DNA from: Lepidodermella squamata
Lineage: Eukaryota; Animalia; Gastrotricha
Length of the DNA stretch: 64,000 nt
Assembly (NCBI GenBank): GCA_047495785.1
Contig: JBLDXI010000028.1
Span: forward strand, 1,612,001 to 1,676,000
Reading direction: 5' to 3'
Positions 34,532 through 46,688 of the stretch are shown here, one piece after another (the first letter of the stretch is position 1; each line of letters starts with the position of its first letter). Under the pieces are notes generated by a model. The model saw only the letters and a list, made by a program, of their open reading frames with translations. It was not told the DNA's origin and ran no database searches. The position numbers and the translations under genes were made by a program.

Positions 34532-35683
34532 TTAATGGAGAAAACCAGATTTAGCTGCAACATCCAACGCATAGCCATTCATTGCAAGAAACATTAAAAA
34601 GCCCAGTAAAGCGAAAACAGTGTCAATAATGCGAAAATACCGGATCCGTTGCTTTCCTCTAATCGTAATTTTCTTGCGGAACCACTTCGAGAAAATGCTG
34701 ATCATACCACACATGGCAAGAGAGTAGACTGTCAAGGCCCACGAGAAGAAAATTCCTATAGCAGTATAGGTTGAAAGGAACATTCTTTGCGGCTTCTCAG
34801 GGACATGGCTTAGAATGTTGTTCTGGAGAAACGTCTGAGCCAGTAGCAACGTCATGCTTATCATAGGCCGATCAGCCGAAGATGCTTCAATGAAAAGCGA
34901 AGCTAGGCTGAGGCTCGACAGTAGCACGCATGGAACAAGCAAGTTGACGACATAAAATTCAGGTGAGCGCCTGAATTTGAAGGAAATATTCGCTGAACTA
35001 CGATTCCCTAGCATATCCACCATTCCAATTACAGAGCTAGTGCCCAGAAGAAGCCAACCAGTTTTTTCAGTGTTGATGAAAGTCGGCTTGACATCGATGT
35101 TAGCCGCTGAAAAGCCAACTGCACTAACAAATTCTTGCATCGTAAATTCGATCTTGCATGTTTGTTCATCGAATGGGAAATTGGCGAAATTCAGGTTGCA
35201 CAGAGACGAAAATACGCCATATCTTTGCCAAGTGAATTCCAGCGTGCTATTCTTTAGATTTTTCACAAATAGCCGGCTGTTGAACCCAGAAGTCATGCCG
35301 TAGTCGTCGTCTGTGTTCTTGTGGTTGATATTAGGCCTCCAAAAGTAGTACGGATCCAGGTAAACTGTCTTCTGCCTTGGGTAGTAGAAGTCCTCGCAAA
35401 TCACGTTCCATGACACTCTTAGCGACCCAGAAAATGTGAAAACCTCAGTTATGTCGTTGATCTCGTGAAGATATTCAGCTTGAATGAGAGCTGTGACTTT
35501 AGTTTGCTTGCATATGGCTGTAGTGGCAGATCCGCCTTCAAGGCATGTTGGGGAGTAGATTTCAGGCGAAACGTGCGAGCAATTCTCCATGATCTCAATC
35601 ATCTGCTGCTGAACCATCTCCAGCAGTTGACAGCCCGCTGGAGGGAAAAGTATGAGGAAAAGACTGAATTTCCAGAAGTTCAT
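34532..35683 (-). CDS. Intronless Cys-loop LGIC-like subunit, subfamily D
   Basis: Cys-loop CNLNFANFPFDEQTC, M2 ADRPMISMTLLLA. Confidence 0.92.
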   Translation of the reverse strand: MNFWKFSLFLILFPPAGCQLLEMVQQQMIEIMENCSHVSPEIYSPTCLEGGSATTAICKQTKVTALIQAEYLHEINDITEVFTFSGSLRVSWNVICEDFYYPRQKTVYLDPYYFWRPNINHKNTDDDYGMTSGFNSRLFVKNLKNSTLEFTWQRYGVFSSLCNLNFANFPFDEQTCKIEFTMQEFVSAVGFSAANIDVKPTFINTEKTGWLLLGTSSVIGMVDMLGNRSSANISFKFRRSPEFYVVNLLVPCVLLSSLSLASLFIEASSADRPMISMTLLLAQTFLQNNILSHVPEKPQRMFLSTYTAIGIFFSWALTVYSLAMCGMISIFSKWFRKKITIRGKQRIRYFRIIDTVFALLGFLMFLAMNGYALDVAAKSGFLH

Positions 35684-37725
35684 TCAGACGAAGCATAAAA
35701 ATCGTGGAAAACAGCAGAACCTATCTTTGCGTGACTGAGGTTGGTTGCCTAGGTTTGACTCGCTGAATGATGGGAGAAACGGTGCAAGCTTCGATTTTGC
35801 CTGAGAAGGTGATAAATGACAAGAAGCAGCCTTAAAAATTTCAATAAAAGCTTTGATTAGGAATATTCTTTGATATGTCTATATAATACACTGAAATAAT
35901 GCGAGCTGCTTTGTGTCACGAAAATCGATCAATCGCGCCAGACGCCTGACTAGTGGGGGAATACCGTCAGAGGGTTTATCTTATATAAAAAAATCAGGGA
36001 TGCTCAGTAAGTTATCCGCACATTTTACGGGACGCCCGATCACCAACATGGGAAATAAATTACTTGCAAAATGCGTCAAAGGGGGTTGGCTCAGTAACAT
36101 GTTCTTATCGATTTTTAGTATTCGACGGTTAAATTTATATTACCGTGTAATTGTTTCATGCTCAGAGCATCGTAAGGTAAACATCAAATTAGAATTCTCC
36201 TATCACGACAGTTGTGATCGAGCATTGATAAAAACTATGAAATTATAATAGCGAGGTATGATATGACCTAGGAAAAAACATGGCCGAACTGGTATTACTG
36301 GAACTACATTTTTGCAAAGAACATTTCGGGACGAGTCATTAAAAGCTGCATCTTCATTCATTTATTCTGAGATCAGAGATAAATGATTCACGATAATGTT
36401 ACGGGTTCGCAGTGACGTCAAGATAATTCGCATTGAAAATAGTTAGTAAGAGAACCATACGATTATTGAGTGCCATCAAATCGAAGGTCTAATCTGCTGG
36501 TTGTATGCAAGCGCAAATTTGCGAGCGTCTGTGCATTTGTCTGCCTACTAGCGAGTACATTCGTTGTCTCTCCGCGCGGTATAATCATTTTATGCTTAAT
36601 CATGTATATCATCGATGACAATGGGAAAAATTACCTGGAATACAGGTATGTACGCAGCCAGCTGCAGTTCCCTATGCTCGGAGGTGTCAGAATGAAAAAT
36701 CGGAAACACCCAAACAACAGCAAATACATATGTAATAGGTTTTTGCAGTATGAAAAGCTCGAGCTATTTGTGTGAGCGTCATAGGCAAAAATAGATTTAA
36801 TAAAAATTACGGAAAAATCTCGTATTTTATCATATCATAACTTCGTTTTCGAAATGTCAAAAGCGACAAGTTCAATGTTGGAAGCAAGCGAATGCCACTC
36901 TTCGCCTCGTCATTCTTCTCAACCCACCAGCCCTGTGGTGCTCAAACATTTTCGACTACAGGCGATTTTGGCGATACTCACGACGTACGATCTCCAACCG
37001 TCTCGTACCGTCTTGATATTTTCATTTGGAATCGGCCTCAGAGACTGATTTTTTTCGTTCAATCATTGATTTCCAATATATGTACCGGTTTTAGTGCCGC
37101 TGACAGTTTACTGATTTTCAAATAGGGTAAAAATATAATTAAAATAGCCACATCCTATCCTATTGTTTACATTGGTCCAGGGTCATGAAATGAGTATTTG
37201 CCCCATTTTTCAGCCGGTTTTCAGTCGAAAACCGTGGGATGCGAGCAATGCGAACGCTATTTCTCTGATGACTTTTCCGAAAAAGTACCCAAAAATGAAC
37301 CAACAAGTCACCGCAATTTCTCAGGTTTATCGAAATGATAAGGCGACCACAAAATTGGGCCTGAGGGTCTTTCGATGGTCGCTATCCCAAATTTTTAAAA
37401 GCTCAGATATAAACAAAATAAAACGTTTGCATGCAAAAGTCTCGACCGGCCGCACTGAGCTCTGAGGCCAAAAAAGCTGGGACCGAATTTGCGCACCACT
37501 GCACCAGCCTATCGATAGATAAAGGCTCTTAGATATGTTTCTTCTCAATCAGCTCTCCACACAGAGGCGCAATTTGTTTTCCTTCTGAAAATGACTGATA
37601 AATTCTCAGTCGAATAGTAAGATTAGTTTATTGTCAACCCAAAAATGTTCATTAATGTCGGAGGTTATGGAAAAATCAATTCAAATTGTGATCAACGCAA
37701 TAAAGTTGTATGCATGTACGAATCA

Positions 37726-38868
37726 TCACATCCCAGCGACCGATGCTGCATATAAGTTGAGTGCGACGATGCTTGATAACGCCGTCACGAAAGCGACTAC
37801 GTCGAACATGCGAGAATGCTTCAACTTCACCGGGCTGCTTAGTTTGATAGGCAAAAAGACCCTGAGTGACCTTGAAAACCATTTGACGTCATTGGAACAT
37901 GCACACAGAAACAGGGTGTAGACAGTGCAGGCCCAAGAGATGATAGCGCAGACGTCGCAGTAAGTTGCCAGAAAAATCCTGGTCGGCTTCGACGGAACGT
38001 GCTCGTCAATCATTGATTGCAAGAATGTCAAAGCTAGAAGTATGGTCATGGTGAAAGCCGGCCGATCAGGCATGTCTGGATCAATGAGAAATGAGAACAT
38101 TTCTAATGTAGCGAGAAGGCATGACGGCACCATGATACTGTAGATGAAAAAGTCTGGAACGCGTCGAAAATGAATTGTGAAAATGGCCACGCTTCGGTTG
38201 CCTTCAACGTTTATAACATCCTTTTCACTGAACGTTGAAACCATGCTCCAGCCAGTACCTACTCGCAGAAAATCAGGCTGTATGACGAATTTAGTTTGAA
38301 CAATCCTCGCAGCTCCAAAGTTTTCCTGCAACATGAAGACAACGGAACAATTTTGCTCGTCGAACGGGAACTTGTCGAGAATCATCGGGCATGCTGAGAA
38401 GAAAACACCGTATCTTTGCCACACGAAGCCCAGTGTGTAATTTTTTGTCATTTTCATATACATTCGCCCGGCAAATCCTTCAATCATGCCGTAGTTATTC
38501 ACCGTATTTTTGTGATTCAGCCTTGGCTTCCAAATCGCTGATTCGTCGACGTAGAAATGCTTGATAGGTAGAGGTGAACGATAGTTATCACAAGGCGTTT
38601 CCCAGTTGAGTCTAGCCGATGCTGTGATAGTCCATGACTCTTCAACTTCGTTGATACCGTAGAAGTTCTCGGCTGATAGGATGAGGGTGATATTTGTGAT
38701 GTTGCACCACGGCCAGTTCAGGCCAGCTTCGAAAAGACTGTTGTCACAAGTTGGCACGTAAAATTCAGGGGAGACATGGCTGCAGTTTCTCAGCAGTTCT
38801 TCCTGACGAGGCCGGAAGAATTCCTGGCCAGCAACGCAGTTCAGTGACAGGAGTAGTAAGATAATCAT
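37726..38868 (-). CDS. Intronless Cys-loop LGIC-like subunit, subfamily E
   Basis: Signal peptide, IWKP, Cys-loop CPMILDKFPFDEQNC, M2 PDRPAFTMTILLA. Confidence 0.92.
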   Translation of the reverse strand: MIILLLLSLNCVAGQEFFRPRQEELLRNCSHVSPEFYVPTCDNSLFEAGLNWPWCNITNITLILSAENFYGINEVEESWTITASARLNWETPCDNYRSPLPIKHFYVDESAIWKPRLNHKNTVNNYGMIEGFAGRMYMKMTKNYTLGFVWQRYGVFFSACPMILDKFPFDEQNCSVVFMLQENFGAARIVQTKFVIQPDFLRVGTGWSMVSTFSEKDVINVEGNRSVAIFTIHFRRVPDFFIYSIMVPSCLLATLEMFSFLIDPDMPDRPAFTMTILLALTFLQSMIDEHVPSKPTRIFLATYCDVCAIISWACTVYTLFLCACSNDVKWFSRSLRVFLPIKLSSPVKLKHSRMFDVVAFVTALSSIVALNLYAASVAGM

Positions 38869-39566
38869 TTTTCTCCTATTTCAAACTTGTAGACTAAAAT
38901 AAGTTCAAAAATCTTGCCAGGATATCTCTCCTCCCTAAATGCGGGATAAACAAGTAATTAAGAACTGTAAGTGCGTACTTGCCGTGCGTCGGCGAAAGCG
39001 TCACGCAAATCTTTAATTCCAAAATATCTGCGATGGAAATTCGGCTGTTTTTTTGCTGCTGTCTCGAGAGGCATCAGAATATTCTGTCAAAACGACGTCA
39101 CGTGTTGAACTTGGGCAAAAAAAACGAGTTTATGACCTAAGAGTCCCTGTGAGCTTTGTAATTACAAACTTTACAACGGACAGGGGCTTATTTACAGCTC
39201 TCCTCATTGATTTTATTCGAAGCGCAATTTTTCCAGGCCAACAGAATTCGTTGGATAATATTGAGTACAAGTTATGCATGTTGATTTATGCTCATATGCG
39301 AAAGTGTACTTCGCATTCACAAGAGCTTCAAATCGAAGAGGTCTGATTCCGGCGACAATGAGATCTGCTAATTTGTTGAATCGATGATGCGCGGATGTCC
39401 TTTGATTGTAAAAAATGAATAATGAGAAAAACAAGAGTAGAAAAATCTGACTTCCTTTTCCTTCGTCATCGATCATTTTGCCGGAAGTTGGCAGCATGCT
39501 GCTTTCAAGAGAAACGCAACTTGGATTGCAGCATCTATTTAATATCTATTTAATGTTTGCATCAAG

Positions 39567-40706
39567 ATGTATCACGCTAAAGCTAAAGCGCTATCCCTAC
39601 CTATTTTCTTGAGCTTGTTACCATGCTTCCTTTGTTTCGAAGATCTCTTGCTCCGGAATTGCTCGGAATCGGTTCTACCAACAAATTACGCCCCATTATG
39701 CAGAGAAGGCGCGAGAAGTCCATTAGGCTGCTCTGCGATACCGATTTTATTTGGCTTCTTCCCAGATCGTGTCTACGGAATCAATGATGGTGATGAAACT
39801 TTAACGATATCCGGGCGGATAGAGGCATCATGGACAGTGAAATGCCCCAAGTTTGCTGCGAATCACACAACAACTTTCTATGTCACTGAATCACTGGTCT
39901 GGAAACCACATATGCATCACCGCAATTCGATCAACAACTTTGAAATGCAAGCAGGCTTCACAAGTCGGATGTTCGTTAATTTCGACCCAACTGCCAATAA
40001 TTCTGCGACAAGTAATTGGGTCAAAAATGGAGTTTTTGTATCTTATTGCCCTATGGATTATCGAGACTTTCCATTTGATTCGCAAACTTGCGCATTGGTC
40101 TTTGTCATTCAAGAAAGTGCAGATGCTGTGGTTTTCGAGAATAAGCACCAACGATCTGTTGAGATTTTGCAGCCTTCAGTTAGCCTCAGCTGGGAGTTTG
40201 ACGATTGGCAAGTTCGTATTTTCTCGATCTTTGACAGCTATAACCGAAGTGCAGTGGCGCATGAACTTCGCTTCCGGCGAAAGCCTCAATTTTACATCTA
40301 CAACTTGATGCTTCCTGTTTTCGCTCTGACAAGCCTCGAACTAGCTTGCTTCATCATGCCACCTAACACATCGGATCGCCCAGTTTTCATGGTTACGATC
40401 ATGCTAGCCCTAACTGTATTACAAGGCGAGATAATGAACCGTGTACCTCAGAAGCCGCACAGAATCTTCCTGAGTAATTACACTGATTTGTCAATCCTCA
40501 TCTCCTGGGCGTGTACGGTATACGCTTTATTCACATTCGGTTATGCGAGAATGTATAGAGAATGGTTCAAAAGCAGGCGAAAATCGAACAGTAGCATTTC
40601 GCATGGTCGTTTTGTGGATGCATGTGGAATTTCAGTTGCATCATGTGGTTTCTTGGCTGTTAATGTTTACGCGTTAAGTATAGCCCGAAAAACTGGCTAC
40701 ATTTAA
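39567..40706 (+). CDS. Intronless Cys-loop LGIC-like subunit, subfamily C
   Basis: Paralog of 22385-23521. Cys-loop CPMDYRDFPFDSQTC, M2 SDRPVFMVTIMLA. Confidence 0.92.
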   Translation: MYHAKAKALSLPIFLSLLPCFLCFEDLLLRNCSESVLPTNYAPLCREGARSPLGCSAIPILFGFFPDRVYGINDGDETLTISGRIEASWTVKCPKFAANHTTTFYVTESLVWKPHMHHRNSINNFEMQAGFTSRMFVNFDPTANNSATSNWVKNGVFVSYCPMDYRDFPFDSQTCALVFVIQESADAVVFENKHQRSVEILQPSVSLSWEFDDWQVRIFSIFDSYNRSAVAHELRFRRKPQFYIYNLMLPVFALTSLELACFIMPPNTSDRPVFMVTIMLALTVLQGEIMNRVPQKPHRIFLSNYTDLSILISWACTVYALFTFGYARMYREWFKSRRKSNSSISHGRFVDACGISVASCGFLAVNVYALSIARKTGYI

Positions 40707-40799
40707 TGGGAAATCACTGCTTGCAGGCAGCTCATTCAACCTTGAATATAAGAATAATAAGCATAAGCAAACTGGTCTTTACTAAGCATTAATAAAACC

Positions 40800-42017
40800 T
40801 TAAAACAAGCCACTGATATGAACTGCATAGATGTTTAAAGCCACTATTGCGCTAAAGGCTATGAAAAAAGCTGAGACATCGAAAAGACGAGCGAATCTTA
40901 CGCTTTTTAGACATTTCACTGGCAGAATCGATGCACGAAAGCTAACAGTCTTAGAAAACCATTTTACATCATTAGAAAAAGCGCATAGAAACAATGAGTA
41001 AATAGTGCAGACCCAGGATATAATAGCACAAAGGTCACAGTAAGTGCTTAGGAAAATTCGCGTTGGCTTCGCCGGAACTTTGCCGTCGATCTCCGATTGG
41101 AGAAAGGTTAAAGCTAGTAAGATAGTCATAGTAAAAGCTGGCCGATCTGGCATTTCCGGGTCAATAAGAAGAGAAAACATTTCCAAGCATGCTAACAAGC
41201 AAGATGGGACCATCAAGTTGTAGATAAAATAGTCTGGGATGCGTTTGAAGCTGACAGTAAAGACTGCTACGCTTCGATTGCCCTCAACATCCACAACTTC
41301 AACGCCACTGTGATTTGACTTTATGAGCCATCCTTGACCGTCTCGGACGAAATTGCTTAGAAAAGGAAATTTAGTCTGTACAATCCTTGCTGCTCCGTAA
41401 TTTTCCTGAAGCATGAAAACAACAGAACAGTTTTGCTCGTCGAATGGAAACGTTGAGAGGCTCATAGAACAAGAAGACTTGAAAACGCCGTATCGTTGCC
41501 AGACGAAACCAAGCGTGCCGTTTTTTGTCATTTTCATGTACATGCGCCCCGCGAAGCCATCAATCATGCCGTAGTTGTTGACCGTGTTCTTATGGTTCAG
41601 TCTAGGCTTCCAAGTCTGGTCCTCGTTGACGTAGAAGTGCGAGATTGGCTCGTTCGAATGAAAGTTCTTGCACGGTGTTTCCCAGTTAAGCCTTGCAGAT
41701 GCTGTAATCGTCCATGATTCTTGAACTTCGTCGATTTCGTAGAACTGCTCGCCTGAGAGAATCAGCGTCACATTAGTTACAACGCATCGCGGAGGACCTA
41801 TTCCGGCTTCGAACAAGCTGTTATCGCATGTAGGAACGTAGAATTCTGGGGAAACGTGGCTGCAATTTTCTAGCAGTTCATTTTGACGAGGCCTGAACGA
41901 ATCTTGTCCCAACGAACATGCGAGTATGGAAGATGCAAATATAAGCCAACAGTTTTGATAGCAAAACCGCGATGCTTTGAAAATACTCATGATCGGAATT
42001 TTTCCATTTTCAAACAT
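40800..42017 (-). CDS. Intronless Cys-loop LGIC-like subunit, subfamily E
   Basis: First ATG at 42017 (alternative 41990). Cys-loop CSMSLSTFPFDEQNC, M2 PDRPAFTMTILLA. Confidence 0.9.
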   Translation of the reverse strand: MFENGKIPIMSIFKASRFCYQNCWLIFASSILACSLGQDSFRPRQNELLENCSHVSPEFYVPTCDNSLFEAGIGPPRCVVTNVTLILSGEQFYEIDEVQESWTITASARLNWETPCKNFHSNEPISHFYVNEDQTWKPRLNHKNTVNNYGMIDGFAGRMYMKMTKNGTLGFVWQRYGVFKSSCSMSLSTFPFDEQNCSVVFMLQENYGAARIVQTKFPFLSNFVRDGQGWLIKSNHSGVEVVDVEGNRSVAVFTVSFKRIPDYFIYNLMVPSCLLACLEMFSLLIDPEMPDRPAFTMTILLALTFLQSEIDGKVPAKPTRIFLSTYCDLCAIISWVCTIYSLFLCAFSNDVKWFSKTVSFRASILPVKCLKSVRFARLFDVSAFFIAFSAIVALNIYAVHISGLF

Positions 42018-42279
42018 CTCGGGAAAAATTGCATTTCCAGGCAAACAAACTTTCTAGTTTTTTTTATTAAATTCCTTAAAAAAATGAATGAACGAATCGA
42101 ATTGCTGCGACGCACTTCTATTTTGCGTGACATCATGATTGCCGATTACTCTCGACAGTAAAAGCTAATCAAAACTTGCGTCTTGGATTGTTGTTATTTC
42201 AGGCATATTCAAAGAGTAACGGACAGGGAAAAAGAGATTTGCCAGAGAGTGCAAAGGGGATCGATGCAAATTGATTTGC

Positions 42280-43437
42280 TCAAGGGGAATCCAATGATTT
42301 CCTTGAATAAACAGACATTTCAAACACTTTCACACTAATTACAACAAAGAACACAACAGAGGATGTAAGAATAATCCAATCAAGGCATTTTATCCAGCTA
42401 GCTTTCCAATGATTCCAACTGCCCAAATTTTTCGACCATGATGGGAATCTTTGCACTAATCCACAGCTGAGAAGCGTGTAGAATGTAAAGAATTCTGAAA
42501 TTTCAACGCAAAAATTGATGTAGTCGCCGAGTAGAGTCGAAAGAGGCTTTTTCGGCAATGCAGAGTTCATCTGCCCTTGAAGGAAACATAATGCTAACAG
42601 CAGAGTTATCACAAAGAACGCCCTGTCTGGGAAAATAGGGTCGATAAATATCGTAGCAATGTTCAAACACGTGAAAAAGACGGCTGGCACTAAATACGTG
42701 GAAATGTAAAAATTCGATCGTCGCATAAGCTTCAAAACTATTTCTGCATAACTTCGATTCCCGCCAGATAAGAAAATTCGACTGACTGTTGAGTTGACAC
42801 CGATGAAATTCCAATTTCCAGTTTCAGGGGTGAAGTTTATTGCAGCTGCAGGATCAATTTTGATTGACCTGAAAGCTGCAGAATTTTCAGTCTCTTGAAT
42901 AACCATTTTTATCACGCATTCTTGGTAATCAAATGGAAAATTTTCAATGAAGAGTTCGCATTTCGTGGAGAACATCCCATATCTAATCCAATTGAATTCC
43001 ATTGTCTCATTCCGAGGAAGTTTGACAAGAAAACGGGAGGCGAATCCAAATTCCATTGAGTTGTCGTCAACGGCATTTAGCAAGCTCAAATTCGGCTTCC
43101 AAAACAAATAGCGCTGAAGATAAACCCATGTAGGATGAGGATAGGTGTAGTTGCAGCAAAAGACGTTCCACTGAAGACGGATTGAGCCGTCAACTTGCAA
43201 GCTTTCCTCGGCATCTTTCAAGGCGATTAGTCGGTCAAGTTCGAGGGTAAGAATCACCTGGGTAGGGTTACAATCTTCATGAATAGTTGAGCCTCCATCA
43301 CTGCAAGTCGGGGAGTAAACCTCGAATGACACATGGGGGCAGAGTGTTAGTAGTTCCCTTGATCGAGCAATGCCTTTATCGGCAAAGACAGTGCAATAAA
43401 GAGGCAACGCTGCCAATACATATTTGATAAATTTCAT
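42280..43437 (-). CDS. Intronless Cys-loop LGIC-like subunit, subfamily F
   Basis: Cys-loop CELFIENFPFDYQEC, M2 PDRAFFVITLLLA. Confidence 0.92.
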   Translation of the reverse strand: MKFIKYVLAALPLYCTVFADKGIARSRELLTLCPHVSFEVYSPTCSDGGSTIHEDCNPTQVILTLELDRLIALKDAEESLQVDGSIRLQWNVFCCNYTYPHPTWVYLQRYLFWKPNLSLLNAVDDNSMEFGFASRFLVKLPRNETMEFNWIRYGMFSTKCELFIENFPFDYQECVIKMVIQETENSAAFRSIKIDPAAAINFTPETGNWNFIGVNSTVSRIFLSGGNRSYAEIVLKLMRRSNFYISTYLVPAVFFTCLNIATIFIDPIFPDRAFFVITLLLALCFLQGQMNSALPKKPLSTLLGDYINFCVEISEFFTFYTLLSCGLVQRFPSWSKNLGSWNHWKASWIKCLDWIILTSSVVFFVVISVKVFEMSVYSRKSLDSP

Positions 43438-43659
43438 GGCTACGTATTAAATTTTTTGTACGGAAAAAGAGTCGCACTCAAGTCTCTGCAGTGTTTACTT
43501 TTCATTTATCGCATTGAACAATTCGTAGCAAATGATATTTCCTCAAAGTACACTAGCAGTCTAATTTCTATGGATTGTAAATAAAATTGAAAATTTGCAC
43601 CATAAATTCGACAGACCGGAATGTAAAATGTTAATCTCTCCATTGGTAATGAAAAATTT

Positions 43660-44811
43660 TCAGATGACTGAAGCAACGCTCAAGGCATGCAAATTGATCG
43701 ATAAAAGAAATATAAGGCCAGCAATAAAAGCGAGACCATCGATGACTCGCGTTTTCTTGAATTTGATAGGCTTCTTAACAAGCCGATCAGAGAAATCGAG
43801 AGTCACTGGTATTGTTAACCACTTAAAGCTGTTGGTTAGACCGCACAGACATAGCGTGTAAATAGTACTGCACCATGCTAGGATCGCGCAGAAATCACAG
43901 TAGTTACTTAGGAAAATTCGGGTAGGTTTCGCGGGAACTCGGCTGTCAATCTCAGACTGGAGGAATATCACCGCGAGGAGAATAGTCATAGTAAACGCTG
44001 GCCGATCAGGGAAATGGGGGTCCATGAATAAGGAGAACAATTCCATAGCCGCGAGAAGTAGCGATGGTACCATCAAGTTATAGATGAAGAAATCAGGCTT
44101 TCTCTTCAAGTTGATCGTAAAAACTGCCACGCTCCTATTACCCTCCAGATCCATGACTTCAATATTTTTCTCAGATGATTTCATTATCCAGCCAAGTTCG
44201 TCGCGAATGAAATCAGGTAGAAATGAGAACTTAGCATGAGCGAATCGAGCCACTGCATAGTTCTCTTGCATGCTTAATACAAGTTGACAGTGCTGCTCGT
44301 CGAATGGGAATTTTGATAACTCCATCGGGCAAGCTGAAGTAAAAACGCCGTACCTCTGCCAGGTAAAGCTTAGCAAGCCCTGCTTCACCATTTTCATGTA
44401 CATCCGACTCGCGAAGCTATCGATCATGCCGTAGTTTGCCTGAGTGTTCTTATGGTTGACCCTAGGCTTCCAGACTAAAAACTCGTCAATGTAGAAATGA
44501 GTGATCGGCAAATCGGTTCGATAATTGTCACAAGGTACATCCCAGACCAGTTTCAAAGACCCGGTAATTTTGCAAGTCTCCTCGACCTCATTAAGGCCGT
44601 AGAATGATTCGAAAACCAAGCTTGCCGTGAAATTTGTGACGTTACAGTAAGGCCAGCCGATATTCGCCTCGAACAAGCTGTTGTCGCACGAAGGAACGTA
44701 GAATTCTGGCGAAATATTGCTGCAGTTGGCAAGCATTTCATCATAACGTGGCCTCATCGGGGAGACCTGTGCAGAAGCCACGGCGATGCAGAAGACAGAA
44801 AAACGTAGCAT
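43660..44811 (-). CDS. Intronless Cys-loop LGIC-like subunit, subfamily E
   Basis: Cys-loop CPMELSKFPFDEQHC, M2 PDRPAFTMTILLA. Confidence 0.92.
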   Translation of the reverse strand: MLRFSVFCIAVASAQVSPMRPRYDEMLANCSNISPEFYVPSCDNSLFEANIGWPYCNVTNFTASLVFESFYGLNEVEETCKITGSLKLVWDVPCDNYRTDLPITHFYIDEFLVWKPRVNHKNTQANYGMIDSFASRMYMKMVKQGLLSFTWQRYGVFTSACPMELSKFPFDEQHCQLVLSMQENYAVARFAHAKFSFLPDFIRDELGWIMKSSEKNIEVMDLEGNRSVAVFTINLKRKPDFFIYNLMVPSLLLAAMELFSLFMDPHFPDRPAFTMTILLAVIFLQSEIDSRVPAKPTRIFLSNYCDFCAILAWCSTIYTLCLCGLTNSFKWLTIPVTLDFSDRLVKKPIKFKKTRVIDGLAFIAGLIFLLSINLHALSVASVI

Positions 44812-45201
44812 TTAGATCTCGCTAAATCTAGCTACCGTTGTAAGTGAAAGGTTGATGACTTTCATTTTTAGCATTAGTAACAGACATATCGGTCTCGCCG
44901 CAAGCACGATGTGATCATTAGGTGTGATAAATTATTCAGTTATTTAGGTCTGAGGGCATGGTTCTTGTAGTGAAAGGCTGAATCAAGTGTCGGCTCTCAT
45001 CGTCATATAATGCGATCATGTGATGTTTACTTAGCAGTCAATGAGTACTTGTATAGGGTAAAATGACAACATTGAATGTTTCTGTTTATTACAAGTAATG
45101 CGTGCACCCGTTTACTAGTTATTTGTCGCATTTTATTGCATGCCCACTTCTGTTAATTCAGCCTCAATTGATATTTGCCACCTGTTGAAAATTGTCTCTC
45201 A

Positions 45202-46380
45202 TCAAATAACTGATGCGATGCGCAGTGCGTAAATATTGATCCCGATCAATACTGCAATCGAAAGAATGAAAGCGGCTATATCGATAAGACGTGAATTGTT
45301 GAAAGTCCACAACTTCGCTGCTTTTTCTTCTTTCTCAGCCTTCGAAGACCTGCCAACCGCCAATTTCTCGCCAAACCACTTCAGGTTTCCGAAGCCACAT
45401 AGAATCAACGTGTACGTCGTGCAAGCCCATGACAGAATCGTGCAGTAATCGCAGTAGTTGCTCAGGAAAATTCTCGTCGGCTTTGGCGGGACGTGCAGAT
45501 TAATCTCGGACCTGAGAAAGGTTAGAGCTAAAAGAATAGTCATGGCAAAAGCTGGTCTATCCGGGTAAGTTGGGTCCATGAGAAGAGAAAACATTTGCAA
45601 GGCAGCTAGGAGGCATGAAGGGACCATCAAATTAAAGATATAGAAATCCGGCTTTCGCTTTAAATCAATAGTGAACGTCGCAACACTGCGATTGCCCTCC
45701 AAGTTAAGAACATCAAAGTTGTAGCTTGTATTGGCGATAGCCCAACCTTGCTCGTCTCTTATAAACGCTGGGGTAAGGTCGAATTTACTGCTAATAAACC
45801 TTGCCACAGCGTAATTTTCTTGCATCGTTAACACAATCGAACATTGCTGGTTATCGAACGGAAAGTTGGACAGCTTCATCGGGCAGGAAGATGTGAAAAC
45901 TCCGTATCTTTGCCAAGTGAAATCTAGTATACCCTGGTTCCAAATTTTGAGAAGTAGCCGGCTCGAAAATCCATCTATCATTCCGTAGTTATCAACGGTG
46001 TTTTTATGATTCACCCTAGGCTTCCAGACCTCATTCTCATCGATGTAAATATGGGTGTGATTAGCGCTTGGTGAATAGCTGGGGCATGGTACCTCCCACT
46101 GTAGTATAATCGAGCCAGTAACTGTCCATAATTCCTGAACTTCATTGATATCGTAGAAAGAGTCCAGGAACAGATTTGCACTGAAATTCGTAATGCGACA
46201 TTCAGGCCAGCCGTAACCTAGTTCGTGCAAACCGTTGTCGCATAGTGGAACGTAAAATTCGGGCGAAATGTGGCTACAGTTCTTCAACAGTTGGTTCAGC
46301 CTTGGACTAGCCTCCCACGAGAGGACTAGTTCGAAAATTGCGAATTTGATAAGGAATTGCGAGGAAATTCGGCTTAGCAT
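45202..46380 (-). CDS. Intronless Cys-loop LGIC-like subunit, subfamily E
   Basis: Cys-loop CPMKLSNFPFDNQQC, M2 PDRPAFAMTILLA. Confidence 0.92.
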   Translation of the reverse strand: MLSRISSQFLIKFAIFELVLSWEASPRLNQLLKNCSHISPEFYVPLCDNGLHELGYGWPECRITNFSANLFLDSFYDINEVQELWTVTGSIILQWEVPCPSYSPSANHTHIYIDENEVWKPRVNHKNTVDNYGMIDGFSSRLLLKIWNQGILDFTWQRYGVFTSSCPMKLSNFPFDNQQCSIVLTMQENYAVARFISSKFDLTPAFIRDEQGWAIANTSYNFDVLNLEGNRSVATFTIDLKRKPDFYIFNLMVPSCLLAALQMFSLLMDPTYPDRPAFAMTILLALTFLRSEINLHVPPKPTRIFLSNYCDYCTILSWACTTYTLILCGFGNLKWFGEKLAVGRSSKAEKEEKAAKLWTFNNSRLIDIAAFILSIAVLIGINIYALRIASVI

Positions 46381-46688
46381 GTTTCCGTTTGTATGGTTAG
46401 ATGTAATATGCTGAGATTTGAATATTCAATCTCATGCCCGCACAGCTGAGTAAACTTCACAATAGTAACCAGTACACAGTACAAATATCGGTTTAGTATG
46501 CAGCTGTTACGAGATGTTTCAAAATTTCGGAATCGCTCGATGTATGTTTCCCATCAGTATATTTTCGAGTTTTTTATGTGTATTCATATAGATAGAATCA
46601 AACGTAAGAGGTGCATCTGTCGTTGCATAAAAATCATTACTTGCATAATTATTCGCTTCGCATTTATTTCGAACGATTTCATATACAT

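Noticed and set aside
35913-37548. Several 60-110 aa ORFs between receptor genes
   Set aside because: No recognisable motifs, paralogs or consistent splice structure.
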